Shown in pieces: positions 39,001 to 53,422 of a DNA stretch of 64,000 nucleotides. This stretch comes from Nageia nagi (Eukaryota; Plantae; Pinophyta). Position 1 is the stretch's first letter; every line of letters starts with the position of its first letter. Made by a program: the position numbers and the translations under genes. The stretch spans positions 117,800,001 to 117,864,000 of the forward strand of contig JBITNC010000001.1 in NCBI GenBank assembly GCA_050084985.1, written 5' to 3'. The notes below the pieces were generated by a model. That model was not told the origin of the DNA. It ran no database searches and saw only the letters and a program-made list of their open reading frames with translations.

Positions 39001-42000
39001 AATCATATTAGAAATCCAATCAAAATAATCAATAGGTTGTATAAATTTTACTTCCAATAGCTTTTACCATTAATGATATTGCAGAATGCATTTTTTGTAA
39101 CTTTTTCTTTATTAGCTTAGAATATTATTTAAGATATAAATTATGTACAACCAATTTTGAATCTAATCTAGGCATATCTACATATGACCATGTAAATAAT
39201 TTTTATTTTTCTTTAAGAATGTATATAAACTTTTTCCTTTCATCCACATTTTATGATTTTCTTAATTGAATAATTTTTGGATTACTTAGATAATCACTTA
39301 AATTTATTTCTTCAATTAACATATGGTATTATTCTTCCAATTGAATAGGTACTATAATCTAATTTTTATCATCTTGATTATATTCCTCATCCTCACCTAA
39401 ATCTTGCTCATTTAAGGTTGTATTTATTGTGAGTTCAAATGTTTGGAATATAATATTTACATCCTTAAATTATTGTATTGTTAATTTTTTAGAAATGAGT
39501 GTAAAATGTGTAGTATTTCATCTATAATAAAATTTTATGTGAATTCTATTGAATCTGATGGACTTAATTGTTCAAACTCATCACTTCCAAACCAATCAAA
39601 AGATATTTCTTCTAATTTAAAATTAGATACTACTTTCATGTGAACCATGTTAATTGAAATAATATTAGAGGATATGTTTTTAGGTATTGATATTTTTATT
39701 TTTTCAATAATTTGATTTGATATCCATTCAAATTATTCAACTGGATTTTCATATTTAAGACTTTTTGGTTCCAATTCAGTTATTTTTGCATGAGATTCTC
39801 TTTTATTTTTACTTATATATCCCAATCATATTTTTTAGTTGGTAATTGATAATGAATAACAATTGTATATCTAAACCCCTTATTCATAAAAACCTAAATA
39901 ATATCCTTTCAATTGACATCTAATAAAATATATTTGGACAAAAGATCATACATAAGGTGATAAATATTTCAAAGAGTTGCAAAATACAACTTCATGTGGT
40001 TTATGTAAAGGAATTGGTGATGGTAGTATAGGGCCTACATATACAAATAGTGTTTGATTAGGAGAATTTCTTAATGGTATTAATTATCCCAACATAATAA
40101 TAAATTTATTAGGTTGTCCAATATGTTGAGAAAAAGAAATATTGAAGATTACATCATCAATTTCATATTCTCCTATACCCAAATCAAACAATGTTATTGT
40201 TACTAGATAAATATTTGATGATTTATCATATTCTTTATCATCATCATTTTGTGATGAACATTTATTTGGAATGAATCTTTGGATGAAGAAGCTTTATTTA
40301 ACTCATATAATTTGCATGCTCTTTCTTCCCAAGAATCCCTCTCTTGCGATGTAAGTTTTATTTTTGGTTGTGAATTATTATTAAACTTTTATGGAGTATT
40401 GAACAACTTTTGTTGATCAATAATTTATTTTTCTTTTAAAGTATTTGAATATATGTGATTATTTTTACCCACATTAGCTATCAATGGTTCATTTGTTTGT
40501 ATAGTTATTGTGAATAATGACTAGATGGTAAACCTACATCCTTAGGAAAATAAGTAGTATTAAAATGTGAATATGAATTTTCATCTCTAGGTACACAATG
40601 CACTACTCCTTCATGAATATATTTCAAACAACTATGATATGTTGATGGAAAATATTACATATATCTAATCCAAGGTATTACTAAAAGAATATTGTATTGT
40701 GTAATATCCCCTTCAATAACTTAATAAAGTTTGCACCATTTTAGATCCCATAATGATAGGTAATATGATTGATCTTATTGTCAAACATAAAGCATCATTA
40801 AATGCTTTTAGTTGGAGGTATGGTATTGAAATGTGTGAGAAGAGGAGATTTAAATTCTTATATGTAGTCATTGAAATGATATTTATGTATGAACCTTCAT
40901 TAATTAAAATTATTTTAAATCTTTTTCCATCAACTTTTGCTATGATATGCAAAGGTGGATCTAAACCATGTGTCCCATTTGAATAGTTTATTTCATGATC
41001 ATAGAAAGTAATAGTAGGCTTTTGACGTATTTTAATATTTCCAAAAAAGGATAAAAAACACTTAAGATTATTTATATATAATTCAATTGTTTACAATAAT
41101 TGATTGATTGCATTTATATAATTTTTATATTGTTGTAATAATTCAAATAATGACATTTTTACTTGTGAATTATTTAATTGTTGATGTAAAGCTCCTTTTA
41201 CAAAAACCTTTGGAGGTTGTAGATTAGGTAATGTGGTTGTAAAAAAACCTTATCTTATTGATTATATGGTATAAAATTTTGCATCCCTTGTAACTTTTGA
41301 GCTTTTGTAGCAACACTGATAATTGCTATAAATGTTGAATTATCATAACTCCATTTATGTGTTACTTGATTTCCACATGGATGTAATGAAATGTTTTTAG
41401 TTTGATGTTGAGGAAATGGATTTTGATAAATCCTTAAATTTTGATTAGGAATTTCAATAAGATTATTGATCTCTAACTTCCCACTATCAATCAAATATTG
41501 AATTATATTTTTTTAATGTTCTACATTTATCTATATCATGACCCTTTTGATGATGGTAATGAAAAAATTCATTTTCACTATACCATATACTTTCTTTAGT
41601 CTTAGGATATATTGGCCTTATATCAAGAAAAATAATTAATTAATGGTCACATAATTTCTTCAAAATATCATAAAGAGATTCCAACAAAAATGTGAACTTT
41701 CTTTTATGCCTAGAATATTTCTCAAGTTTTTAGAGAGGAGGTGCTTCTAACTCTTTTACGATAGAGACCTTATTTTTTTGTAATTATTTACTTATTTTAT
41801 CTATTTGATTCTTATTTTTAATGTAACCTTATCTTTTATTATTTTTTGTTTTCTCCATCTTGAATTTTAAATTTTTCAATTATTAGTGCTTGAGAAATAG
41901 CTTCTTGAAAGATTTTATGTTGTTGGAATAACAATGCAGTAGAAATAGGTATTGAAAAAATTTGATTGAATAACTTGACCAGTCCCTCTTGAGGGAAAGT

Positions 42001-43450
42001 ATAAGGCATACTTATCAATACCACATTCTATCATGAGATAAAATTAGTAACTGATCCATTTAAAAATTGCTATAACCTAGTGAGATCAATGATGGAAGTT
42101 TTATCTTTGATATTGATTCTAAAGTGTTCCAAAAATAAATTCACTAATTGAGAATATGAACTAATACCATATTATGATAAATTATTATACCAATCCATTG
42201 CTTGGACAACAAGCATCATAGGAAATATATGTAACATTAATGCACCATCATTGGCAATCAAATAACTTGAATATTTAAATTTTCTTAAATATTCTTTAGA
42301 TCTTCCCTTCCTTTAAATGGTCCAATTTATGGAATTTTGAATTTAAAAGGAATTTATTTTTTAGGAACACTAGGATGAATTGGTTCATTACAAATTAGAC
42401 ATTTTTTGTTTACCTTGTATATACAACTCCATTTCTATTTCTTTTAACTTTTCATTAAAGTTATCTTCTTTCATTTCCTTTTCCTTTGCTTGATTATACA
42501 TATAGATAGGATATTATTTTTTTCTTGCATATGCATCTTATTCATATCCTTGAAAAGGTATATATCCTTGTTCAAAAGGTGGTATCAAGCAGCATAATAA
42601 AACTCATCATATGATGGTCATGGAGGAGAAGGTTGATAAGATGGTTGAGGAGGAAACAATGGTAAGGAAGGTTGATATGCTTTTACTCTATCTTTAGGTG
42701 GAGTTAAAATGATATATTTGAAGTTCATCTTGTCTATTTCTAACTAAAAATTCATTTTTCTTATAAAAATAAGGATTTTGATATCTATACACTCCATGAC
42801 CATGTGGAGATGATGATCATATTGTAGATTTTCATTTTCTATATCTATTTAACCTTTGATCAAATCTGAATTGATTTTGAACATTTTGCTTATTGTGATA
42901 ATATGTTGTAGTTGATTTACTTTGATGTACATTAGAAATAGGCTATGCTTATACTTGATATTATTTAGTAAAATTAATTGGATTTTCCTTTTGTTGATCA
43001 TATTGAAGAAAAATTTCTTGTTGTTGTTGCATATTACTTTGAGGCACATATCCCTTCCTAATTTGAGCTTTTTGTTTTTTCTTAGCTCTTATATGACATT
43101 ACAAAGGAGTTGGTGTGTTTGATTTTAAAACATAAAAAGGATTATTATACACTTTAAAAAGGTTTCTTGATTTATGCATTGGAGTTCATGTATGTATGGA
43201 AATTTGATCATAAAATTCTTCCATTTGCCTTGATATTAGAGAAGGTGTATATTCTTCTCTTCTTAAATACGATTGGACTAATCATTAATCTGGTAATATC
43301 ATATGACATAATTATACTTAGGTCTATGAGGGCTTGTTTGAAATATAGTATCAGATGATTGTGCCCTTGAAGAAGAAGCATTTTTTTCTTCATTATCTTT
43401 TTCATATTTTTTTATTTGTTGTTCATCTTTCCTTAAATATTCTAAATCTA
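36010..43450 (-). pseudogene. Decayed gag-pol: gag, protease, G-patch linker, RT, RNase H, additional archaeal-type RNase H, integrase
   Basis: PR ILINEGSYINI (ORF 40713..40952); RT DDFSLPNID and YVDDI (~38930-38660); aRH YFDGS..TNNNVEYQGL..IGDSLLILNQVKG (37770-37550); INT WPFSIWELGLIG..IIIDNGKNF (ORF 36658..36900); GPY at ~36120. Many stops; gag start approximate. Confidence 0.88.
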
Positions 43451-44611
43451 AAGGAAGAATATAAGTGCGAGTATGAAGTGAAGATTGAGGAATTCCAAAA
43501 TATGTTATACATTATATCTAACATCATTCAAATCATGAATATGAACTTGATATGCCCAAATTTTTGCATCTCTAGGAGTTTCTTTGGTTTTAACAAGCTA
43601 TAAAAAGAGCACAAACATCAAACATAACAATTATATTTTTATCTATCCTATTTATGTTTGAGAGAAAATAATTTATGCATAAACAACCTACATGAATACT
43701 TACCTTTTGCACTATGATTATCTTTTTCTATCTTTTTTGAAAATTTTAATTAATCTTTTATATAAATTATGTGAATTGTATATTTTAAACTTTTTAGTTT
43801 TCCTAAACTATTTTGCCTATTCAATTATTTAATCAAGGTAGGTTGATAATACTAATAGGCTATCTATGGCTAAATAACAACATGGTCCTTAAGATGGTTC
43901 CTTTAGTGCAATGGGGTTAAAGGGATGTTGTTGAGAAATATCTCAATGGTTAAATCCAAAGATAGGACCCTTTTTTATAGTCATTTGGTAGAAATTAATG
44001 ACTTCTAACCTATGAACTTGGTATTCATATCCAAGTTTTGTCTCTAAGGATCATTGTATTTTGTTGGTGAGAACATAAGAAGGTAAGAATCAATGGTTGG
44101 TAATGAAATCCAACTCATTTATGTTCATTTTACCAAGCCTTATTCTTATGCATCTAATGAAAACAAAGTACATATGAATGTAATTTCTAACCCTCCCAAT
44201 CATACATGTTTATTGATTAAAAGTTTTTTAAGTGATTCAAACATTGTTTTAATTAACATGCAATTTTATCTAATTCACACATGAAGTTCATTACCTTTTA
44301 ATAATATTCATTACCAAATTTAAATAAATTTCATTCACCCTTTAAGTATGGAATTAATTAAGTGTGATTCATTATTGACTAAAATGTTCTAACTTTACAT
44401 ATGCATAATTTGAAATAGAGTAGGAGATCATCCAATCCAACATGCCAAAAAGAATTATAATAATATTAACTAAATTGTGGTAATTTTACACATACAACCA
44501 TGTATCTAAGCCATAGCTATAATTCTAATAAATGAACTTTAAGCTAAAAGTAAATCTCTAGAGAAGGTCGATTCTTATCTGGATTGGATTGTAGTTTTAC
44601 CAAAAGGTAAG

Positions 44612-45252
44612 TGTAGATGCCTCAAAATGAACCTTTATGTATTTAATAAATCATTTTAATCCCTTAACAATTTATTATTAAAAAGGGATTAAAAATGTAT
44701 AAAAGAGGTGTAGGCCATGTATTTGATACTTGTGGAATGTACAAGGGGTCAAAATATCAAAGTCATGTAAACTTGTATCATATATAAAGGCATCATTTGA
44801 TGAACTTTAGGATCATGAGAAAATCATGAGCAAATAATCATTTCAAGCTAATACAAGGATTATCATTAAATATTATTTTAAGGATTGCAAATTGCTTTAT
44901 CTATCTATATTGTGCATCTATTATTTTCTAAGTTTGCATGTATATTCATCATTTGATTATTCATTAATTCATTCATTGCTACATTCTTGTTTGCATTTGT
45001 AATTTTGCTCATCCTATGGCACCAATGGTGTGCTAATTATAGGGCATGGGTGGTGTACTTGTTCATAAATATATGATTTATCCTTTGTGCATTTTTGGAT
45101 AAACAAAACAAATGTTGAATCTAAGTAAACACTACTACATTCTTGTTACATGTTATTACCATATTTTTGATATATGCATCAATATTTACAAAGTAGAGTA
45201 ATAGTTCATTAATCAACCCCATTTGAATTAATTAAATTATTTATCATCTACA
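44612..45252 (+). repeat. 5' LTR (641 bp)
   Basis: Perfect 8-bp terminal inverted repeat TGTAGATG...CATCTACA; tatataaa near 44780; followed by TTT and the PBS. Confidence 0.88.
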
Positions 45253-45255
45253 TTT

Positions 45256-45268
45256 TGGTGAACCCAAC
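45256..45268 (+). promoter_or_regulatory. Primer-binding site, probably tRNA-Trp
   Basis: TGGTGAACCCAAC matches TGGTGAACCCGAC (complement of the plant tRNA-Trp 3' end, recalled from memory) apart from one CpG-type transition. Confidence 0.72.
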
Positions 45269-48200
45269 TATTCGATTTATCATTCCTTAGAGACAAGATT
45301 GTGCTAACCCTTCTTACTAGGATCAGGTTGGCAACACCATATATTTATATCTTTAGGATGCCAATAGTATTATATGGATCAAATAATAGCCATGATTTAG
45401 GATCTAAACATGAATATTATTGACATATGAAGGCAACTTGCTATGAACAATGATCCAAGTTCTAGCTTAACTAATCTTGGAGGTTCATCTAATACCTCCC
45501 CACCATTGAATTTTGATGAATATGATGACATTTTTCATTTCACCCTTGATGGATGAGATTCATAAATTTTCCCTACCACTTATCATAAGACCCATAAGTT
45601 CAAGATGTTCAGTGGCAAACAGGATCCCAAGTAGCTTCTCATTAGGTTTTAGGAGGAGTTGGATGAGAGGTTAATGGCTAAATTCTTCCCAAAGAGTTTG
45701 AAAGGTGATGCTACTCAATGATTTTAATCTCTACCTTGTAAGTCTATTGATTCTTTCAAAACCTTAGTTCAAACATTTATGGGTCAATACAAGTATAATA
45801 TTAAAGAACAAGGCAATATATCATAATTATGTGCACTTTATCAAGGAAGCAATGAAATCGTAGAGAAGTATGTGTTACACTTCAAAAAGGTATGGAAAAT
45901 TACTTGAATTAAACTATATAAATATGATATTTATAGCATATTTCATGAAACTATAATTCCTATACTTCAATTACATGCTCTTAGTGCTAAGGATGTTGTT
46001 TTTAATACTCTATTCCAACAATTAGTGCAAAAAGAAAAAGTGTTATTATCTCTAGGAGAGCTTAAATATACATAACACTTTTTTCAAACATATTAGGAAA
46101 CCATACACCAAGAAAGAGGAGAAACCAATTAATATGGTAGATACACCCAAGTCTCCTCCAAAGACATAAAGATCTACTTCCTCAAAGGATATCAACTACA
46201 CATTTCTAGTTCAACCAAGAATTCTTTTGGGACACTTTGATGTAGATTGAGCTTATCATTAGTGAAAAGGGCATGCTAAAATTTTTTACAAAATATTGGA
46301 AATAGCTATCATACCCTTTTAGAACAAGGAAGGTACAAGATTGATGAATGCCTTGCTAAACAAGGAGATTTCATCAATGTGGTCATAGTAGTGAAAGAGA
46401 TGTGTGCTAACTTGTGAAGACAACATTCATGCAATGTTCCAAATCCTATCACCACTAAACAAGTAAGTGTCCCACTTGACCCTAAAGTTTACAATATGAT
46501 TGATCAATTAAAAATCACACCAACCAAGATTAGCTTATATGATCTCATTTCTACTTCTTAGGATCATAGGGATATTTTATATGCTTTTTTCAAGAATGAA
46601 ACTATTCCTTATAACATTTTAGCTGCTACATTTTTTGAGAAGCTCCAAACCATTAAGAAAAGTGACACTGTATCCTTTTACAAATCTAGAAAACTCAACC
46701 AAGAACTACTATATGAGTGTTCAACCTTATATATCACCCTTATGGTAGATGAATGGGAAGTCAAAAGGACCATGGTAGACAATGGATTAGCTGTGAATAT
46801 GTGTTCTCAACATTTTTTGGGCTAATTACAAGAAAAGGGTGTAAACATCCCCCATTAGAAGAAGCTACTTTTAAAATTAGATCCTATAATAGTTCCTATA
46901 AGAAACCACTAGGCATAGCTACCATCATGATTACCATAGGAGTTAGAACTATTCCAACCAAGTTTCAGGTAGTTGAATCCAAGATGTATTATAACATGTT
47001 TTTAGGAAGACCTTGGATCCATGATATGGAAGTTGTCCCTTTTACATTACATGGTAACTAAAAGTTGAATTCCAAGGAGAAATGCATATAATTTAGCTGA
47101 TCCTAAACCCTATACACTGTGCAATGCTGCTAACTTTCAAGATATGGACTTGGTTCCACCACTTTTTAAAATATAATGCTTGGATGATCTCACACCTAGG
47201 GAAAATACAGATAAGTAGGTGCAAATCATACAAATGGGTATGCGTACTTATGAAATTGATGATAAAATCCTATTTGCATCCATTAAAGACTTAGAATGGC
47301 CTCAAATATTGGCTATTTTAGACTACCAACAATGTGTTGTTCTACATACAAGGTGCCAATATTATGTTGTTGTACATATAAGGTGCCAACATTGTATGGA
47401 TGGTAATGTTAGTGACCCTTCTAGCTCTATTCTATCTAACACAATGAACTAGTCTTCTAAGATGTTGTCCCTACATCTTCCAAATCAGGTAAAAACTATC
47501 CTTTCTATTTTTGTTCAAAAGTATATGGTTAACAATTGCAAGTACAAGGGAGGAGGTTTAAGCAAAAATTAGCAACGTATGTTTGATTTTTCTATTTGTC
47601 CTAAAACACAACTTACTAAGATAAGTCTAGGTAGTAATGGGTAGGTCAAAAAAAAATGTGGTCCCATACAATTTGTTAAAATATCTAATGTGATAGAATT
47701 ATCTGATGAAATTGATGAAGTTATATGGATTGAGTATAGCTTGCCTCTTGCCTTTGATTATTTTAGTACTGATGATGATTTTCTTGAATACTTGGGGGAA
47801 CATTCAAAATTGCCCAAGTCTAACAAAAAATTTCATGCCTCATATACTTCATGAGTATGCTTACTTTGGCCAAGATGTTAATTTTCATGATGTGTTATAG
47901 GTTCAACCCTTAGAATAATATGAGATTGTTGATCCTACAATGTAGTATTTGTCATCATTATTACAAAAGAAGGAAAATCTCACCTTCCCATAAGAAGAGT
48001 TGCTAAACATTAACATTGGCACTATAGATAAAGAGAGAATGCTTCAAATTAGAGTATCCCTAGCCTCTTCTAAGTAAGAAAGGTACAAATCTAAATTCAT
48101 TGCATATTATAAAAACTTTTCTTGGCCTTATGATGATATGCCTATGTTAGATCCTTCATTTGTCACACATAATTTGCCATTAAAAGCAAGTGCCAAGCCA

Positions 48201-49544
48201 ATTAAGCAAAAAACTAGAAAAATGCATCCTTCTAAGGCCTTGTTAGTCATAAAGGAGATTGAAATGTACTTGCAAGAAGGATTCATGGATCCTATTGATT
48301 ATTCTAATTAGATGTCCAAAATTGTTCCTATTACTAAACCAGCTAGTGAAATATAGGTATGTACCAATTTTAGTGATATCAATAATGCTTTTCCTAAAGA
48401 TGATTTTCTATTATCTAATATTGATATGATTGTTGATAGCATAGTTGGCCATGATATGTTGTCATTTATCAATGGTTTTTTTTGTTACAATCAAATTTTA
48501 ATTAATCCTACTGACCAACATAAAACAACTTTCACAACCCCTTGAGGTCATTTTTTTTTAAAGATTATGCCTTTTGGACTAAAAAATGTAGGTGCTACAT
48601 ATCAGAGAGCCATGGTCACTATGTTTCATAAGCATATTCATAAAATAGTAGAGGTCTATGTTGATGACATTATTGTCAAATCAAAGCAAGGTTAATACCA
48701 TATCCAAGCCCTTGAAGACGTGTTCAACCTTTTACAAAGGTACAAACTAATACTCAAACCTTCAAAGTGTGAATTTGGAGTTACTTTCAAAAAATTATTA
48801 GGATTCATGGTTTCAAATAGAGGAATTGAGGTAGATCCTAACAAGGTAAAAGCCATTGTTGACATGCCTCCCCATAGAAGCTTAAAATAATGTAAAATCC
48901 TTCAAGGAAAGATAAACCTAGTTAGGAGGTTCATCTCATTGCTAGGGGATAAGTGTAGACCATTAAATCACTTTCTTAAGAAGGATGCCAAGTTTGTATG
49001 GGATGAGAATTACCAAAAAGCATTTGAAGATATCAAGCAATATTTGCTCAATTCCTCTATCCTTGTTCTCATGGATTTTTCCCAACCTTCTTACTTGTAT
49101 ACTTCAGCCTCCTTGTATGCAATATGAACCATGCTAATCAAAAAATTGAAGATAACAAGGAGAAGAGCATCTATTATCTAAGCAAGACATTGAGTGACTA
49201 TGAGACAAGGTACACTCTTATGGACAAGATTTGATTTACTATGATATTTAATACTAAAAAAATAAGGCATTACTTATTAATTGCACCACATATGTTGTTA
49301 GTCCTATTAATCCTTTAAAATATTTTGTGGCTAAACAACACTTATCAGGTAATTTGCAAAGTGGCTAATGTTATTGCAAGAATTTGATATTAATGTGGTG
49401 AAGCAAAAATCTATTAAAGGACAAGCAATTGCAAATCTGATAGTAATTTTCCTTAGGAAGGTGAGGAGGTTGCCCATGAAGAATTTCTTGAAATTTTTGA
49501 GGAGAACCCACAATTCCAATAGCTTGATGACCTATCAATAGGGC

Positions 49545-50340
<796 letters not shown>

Positions 50341-50499
50341 CTACTATTTTTTATCCCTTTGTTACACATTGTATGTACTCTTTGTATTCCCATATTTAGA
50401 TAATGAACTGACATGACCAAAATTCCACACTGTCAAGTAAGTTTATTAAGAATTATGTTTTTGTGAAACTTACACATAGGGAAGTGATGGATGCATAGG

Positions 50500-52740
50500 A
50501 TTAAAAAAATATAAAACTAAAAAAGAAATTTTGGTGATGGCTTCTATGAGATATTTTGGTGTGAATTTTCAAAACTATTCTACCAATGGTTTACAAGATA
50601 AATGGAATTCACATATCAATTTACTATCCCTATGGTTAAGTGGACCAAAGAGAATATGGTAAAGCCAAAGAAATATAAAAAAATGTGGTGTATAAAAGTT
50701 GATTCTTAGGTTCACCATATGATAGAGACTTCTATCACATAGTTCACTCTTCAAGAATGGGTGTTGTTAGACACTAGATAGGAAATGTTCAATAGAGGCC
50801 CATAATTTTTTTTTATATTAAATCTACCCTATATTTGTAAAAGATATCTTATTGTGAAAGGAAGAACCAAGGGATGCAGAGCATGGATTAGCCAAAATTG
50901 GATTAATTAAAATACAAAATGGTGTCAAATTCAGTAAAAGGGGAATTAACATGTCAATTTGAAAGAATCGGTTTAAAATTAAATAAGGGGAGAAAATATC
51001 AATAATGAGAACTATTAGAGCACTAGTAAAGAGCAAAAAACAAAAATAATAATGAATAATAAGTAAAAGGAATGGGAAGCTAAGGAAAAGAAGTAAGGTA
51101 TCCTACAAGAAAAATAAAAAAATGAGAAGAGTAAAAATTAGAAAGTGGAAAAGAGAAAGAGTTATATCCCTTATCGAGTAAGAGCATGATAGGAGTACAA
51201 AAAATATTGATTTCAAGACATAGAAAAGTAGAGGATAAACTAGGAGAAAATATTTTCTTGTTTGATACTAGGACTATTAAAAAATATATTGATTGATGAA
51301 CTACCACCATTAGAATTAGTAGTGAACTATAAGGATTAAGCATGAAAACCTAGTTTGTTGAATGAGAAAACAAGTGTGTTAGAAGAAGATAGTTTTGGAC
51401 CATTTTATAGTGCAAGTACAAAAGTAAAGATAATGGATGATGCTCATCCCAATAGGAATAAAAATAATTATTCAGAATAATATATGAATGTAGAAGTAGG
51501 AAATCAAGAATTATAGTTTAAAACTTCTTTGAATATACAATTAGAAGAAAGACCCATAATGAATGTGGCAAATGAAAATAAGAGAAGCTATTATTTCCCC
51601 AGACATAATTAGGTAAGACCTATATTCCAACATCAAGACCTTAATAGCTAAAATAAGGAAGAATCCACTATTGAAATTTTTTAAAAATAATAAGAAATGA
51701 TATGACAAATCATTAAAAAAGATGAAGAATATTTACCAAAGGCTAAGGAACATAACTAGAGAATAATATCCATAATAGGAGATCTCAAAAAATTTATCAA
51801 TTACTCATTTAAAGAGATTAGTGATACCTTTAACCTCCTAGATTTTAATGAATATTAACCTTATCATAAATTTATTTAGGTACACAATCAACCCTAATCA
51901 CTTTAGTGAAAAAAGAATCCCTACCAATAACAAAGCATTAACAATTGAAAGTCAAGTTTTACTAAGACAACTAATGACCCCTATATATAATAAAGGAAAT
52001 ATGAATATAAAAATACATAGAAAATGAATTATAATACCAATATTTTGTTATTAAATCTCCCCATCCCTCATGTAATTTATTAATATAGGAGAAACAAAGT
52101 CATAACCTTACAAATGATCAATGATTGAAGAAGATAAGAAACCCTTTGAGGAATCACAATTTAAAGATATATTTAAAGTTGTTGGAGAATAATACTTTGA
52201 ATTATATATCCTAAGAGATAGACCAAGATAAGTATATTCACATAAAAAATGATAACCTAAACCAATATTACTAATACTGACACCAAACACATAGTAAAGA
52301 AACTAACAATCTTAGTGATGAACCAAGATGTCCACATTCAAATTACTAATCTTATAGAAAGACACAACTAATGTAAAATAACATCAATTCATTATATAAA
52401 ATGATTGGAAGAGTTAAAATATCACTACCAATGCCCATAATATATTAGATTTTACATTGACCTTTAAGATATGAGGCCTTACAATGCTTAATGGAATACA
52501 AGAAATCAATACCAAACTAAGGCATAAGGGTATAGTAAGAAATTCAAGATGCGTTTGAAAATAAATATCACTTTCTAGATGTAGGAATGCAAATAATTTG
52601 AAAAATGAGGGATATGATCCAAGTACATCTAAAAAATATACATGAATAAGATAAACATTTCAAAAAATATAAAGGAAATTATAGGAACAAATGATAGAGA
52701 AACAAATAACTAAGTGGTTTATATGAAGATTAAAACCTTG
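50500..52740 (+). mobile_element. Decayed L1-type LINE 5' region (ORF1 DUF4283/zinc-knuckle-like)
   Basis: RNFGDGFYEIF (cf. RxLGxGFFxF), MVKW, and WCQIQ..TCQF..IG (degenerate CCHC region), followed by A-rich low-complexity sequence. Confidence 0.35.
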
Positions 52741-52750
52741 TATTAGAAGG

Positions 52751-53422
52751 TGTAGACCCTAAATTATATACATAATAATACAAATACAAATAATTATACT
52801 AAATATGATACTTATTTAAATAAAATTATTAATAAAAAAAAGTATACACCTAATATGATATGAAATTCTCAAGGTATGATAAGGGTACATAGAGGACTAG
52901 ATTAGATAAAAGATGAGCTTGTGAGTGATATTCAACTATCTAGATGAGTATTTATCATCTCTCTTATTTGTAGCTTTGGATCATAAATGAGTACTTGGTG
53001 GATGTGTTAGTACTACGATGTCAATGCCTTGAAACCTATATAATTAGATACATGCATAAAGTATAGCAAGTAATAAAAGATCATAGCATAACTTATCCTT
53101 GAATAGGTGGTATCTAAAGATATCAAATTTATGATGTATGTGAAAACCACTTTTCATATATATTTGATAGGGATTTCAACCTAAACTTGTCCATTTATAA
53201 CCTACAAGAACATAGAAAGAATTGAAAGTCTTTTTATAGTAATAATATAATCTTTGTAATATTCAAGATACTTGGTATTGCATTTAATCTAATATATAGT
53301 ATTACACTGTAATATCAACTTTATCTTTATGTTTGTAATATTTCTCTTAATATTTAAAGAATTCTAAAATATGATTTATTAAAAAAATAATAAATCATTT
53401 TTAGGCATCTACATTTCCCCCT
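52751..53422 (-). mobile_element. Tat/Ogre-type 3' LTR (52751-53413) with PPT
   Basis: Termini TGTAGA...TCTACA. On the minus strand AGGGGGAAA directly precedes TGTAGATGCCTAAAAATGA, which resembles the start of the 44612 LTR. Confidence 0.72.

Larger units (their letters stand above)
27900..44600 (-). mobile_element. Ogre/Tat-type (non-chromovirus) Ty3/gypsy retrotransposon, ~16 kb, 5' LTR missing
   Basis: Minus-strand order: gag, PR, G-patch linker, RT, RH, aRH, INT with GPY, a long 3' region with antisense PMD, PPT (AAAAGGGGACAAAA) and 3' LTR starting TGTAGAC at 28587. Continuity across the 3' region and the outer boundaries are inferred. Confidence 0.75.
44612..49500 (+). mobile_element. 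Tat/Ogre-type Ty3/gypsy retrotransposon, 3'-truncated after RNase H
   Basis: LTR and PBS, then gag (KFKMFSGKQDP..FFPKSLKGDA, ~45600), PR (MVDNGLAVN; FLGRPWIHDM), G-patch-like linker (~47540), RT (KDDFLLSNIDMIVD, MPFGLKNVGATYQR, VYVDDI) and RH (KQKSIKGQAIA). Confidence 0.9.

Noticed and set aside
50500-52740. Possible endogenous caulimovirus (A-rich plus strand)
   Set aside because: No movement-protein, coat-protein or caulimoviral RT motifs; the weak motifs fit LINE ORF1 better.
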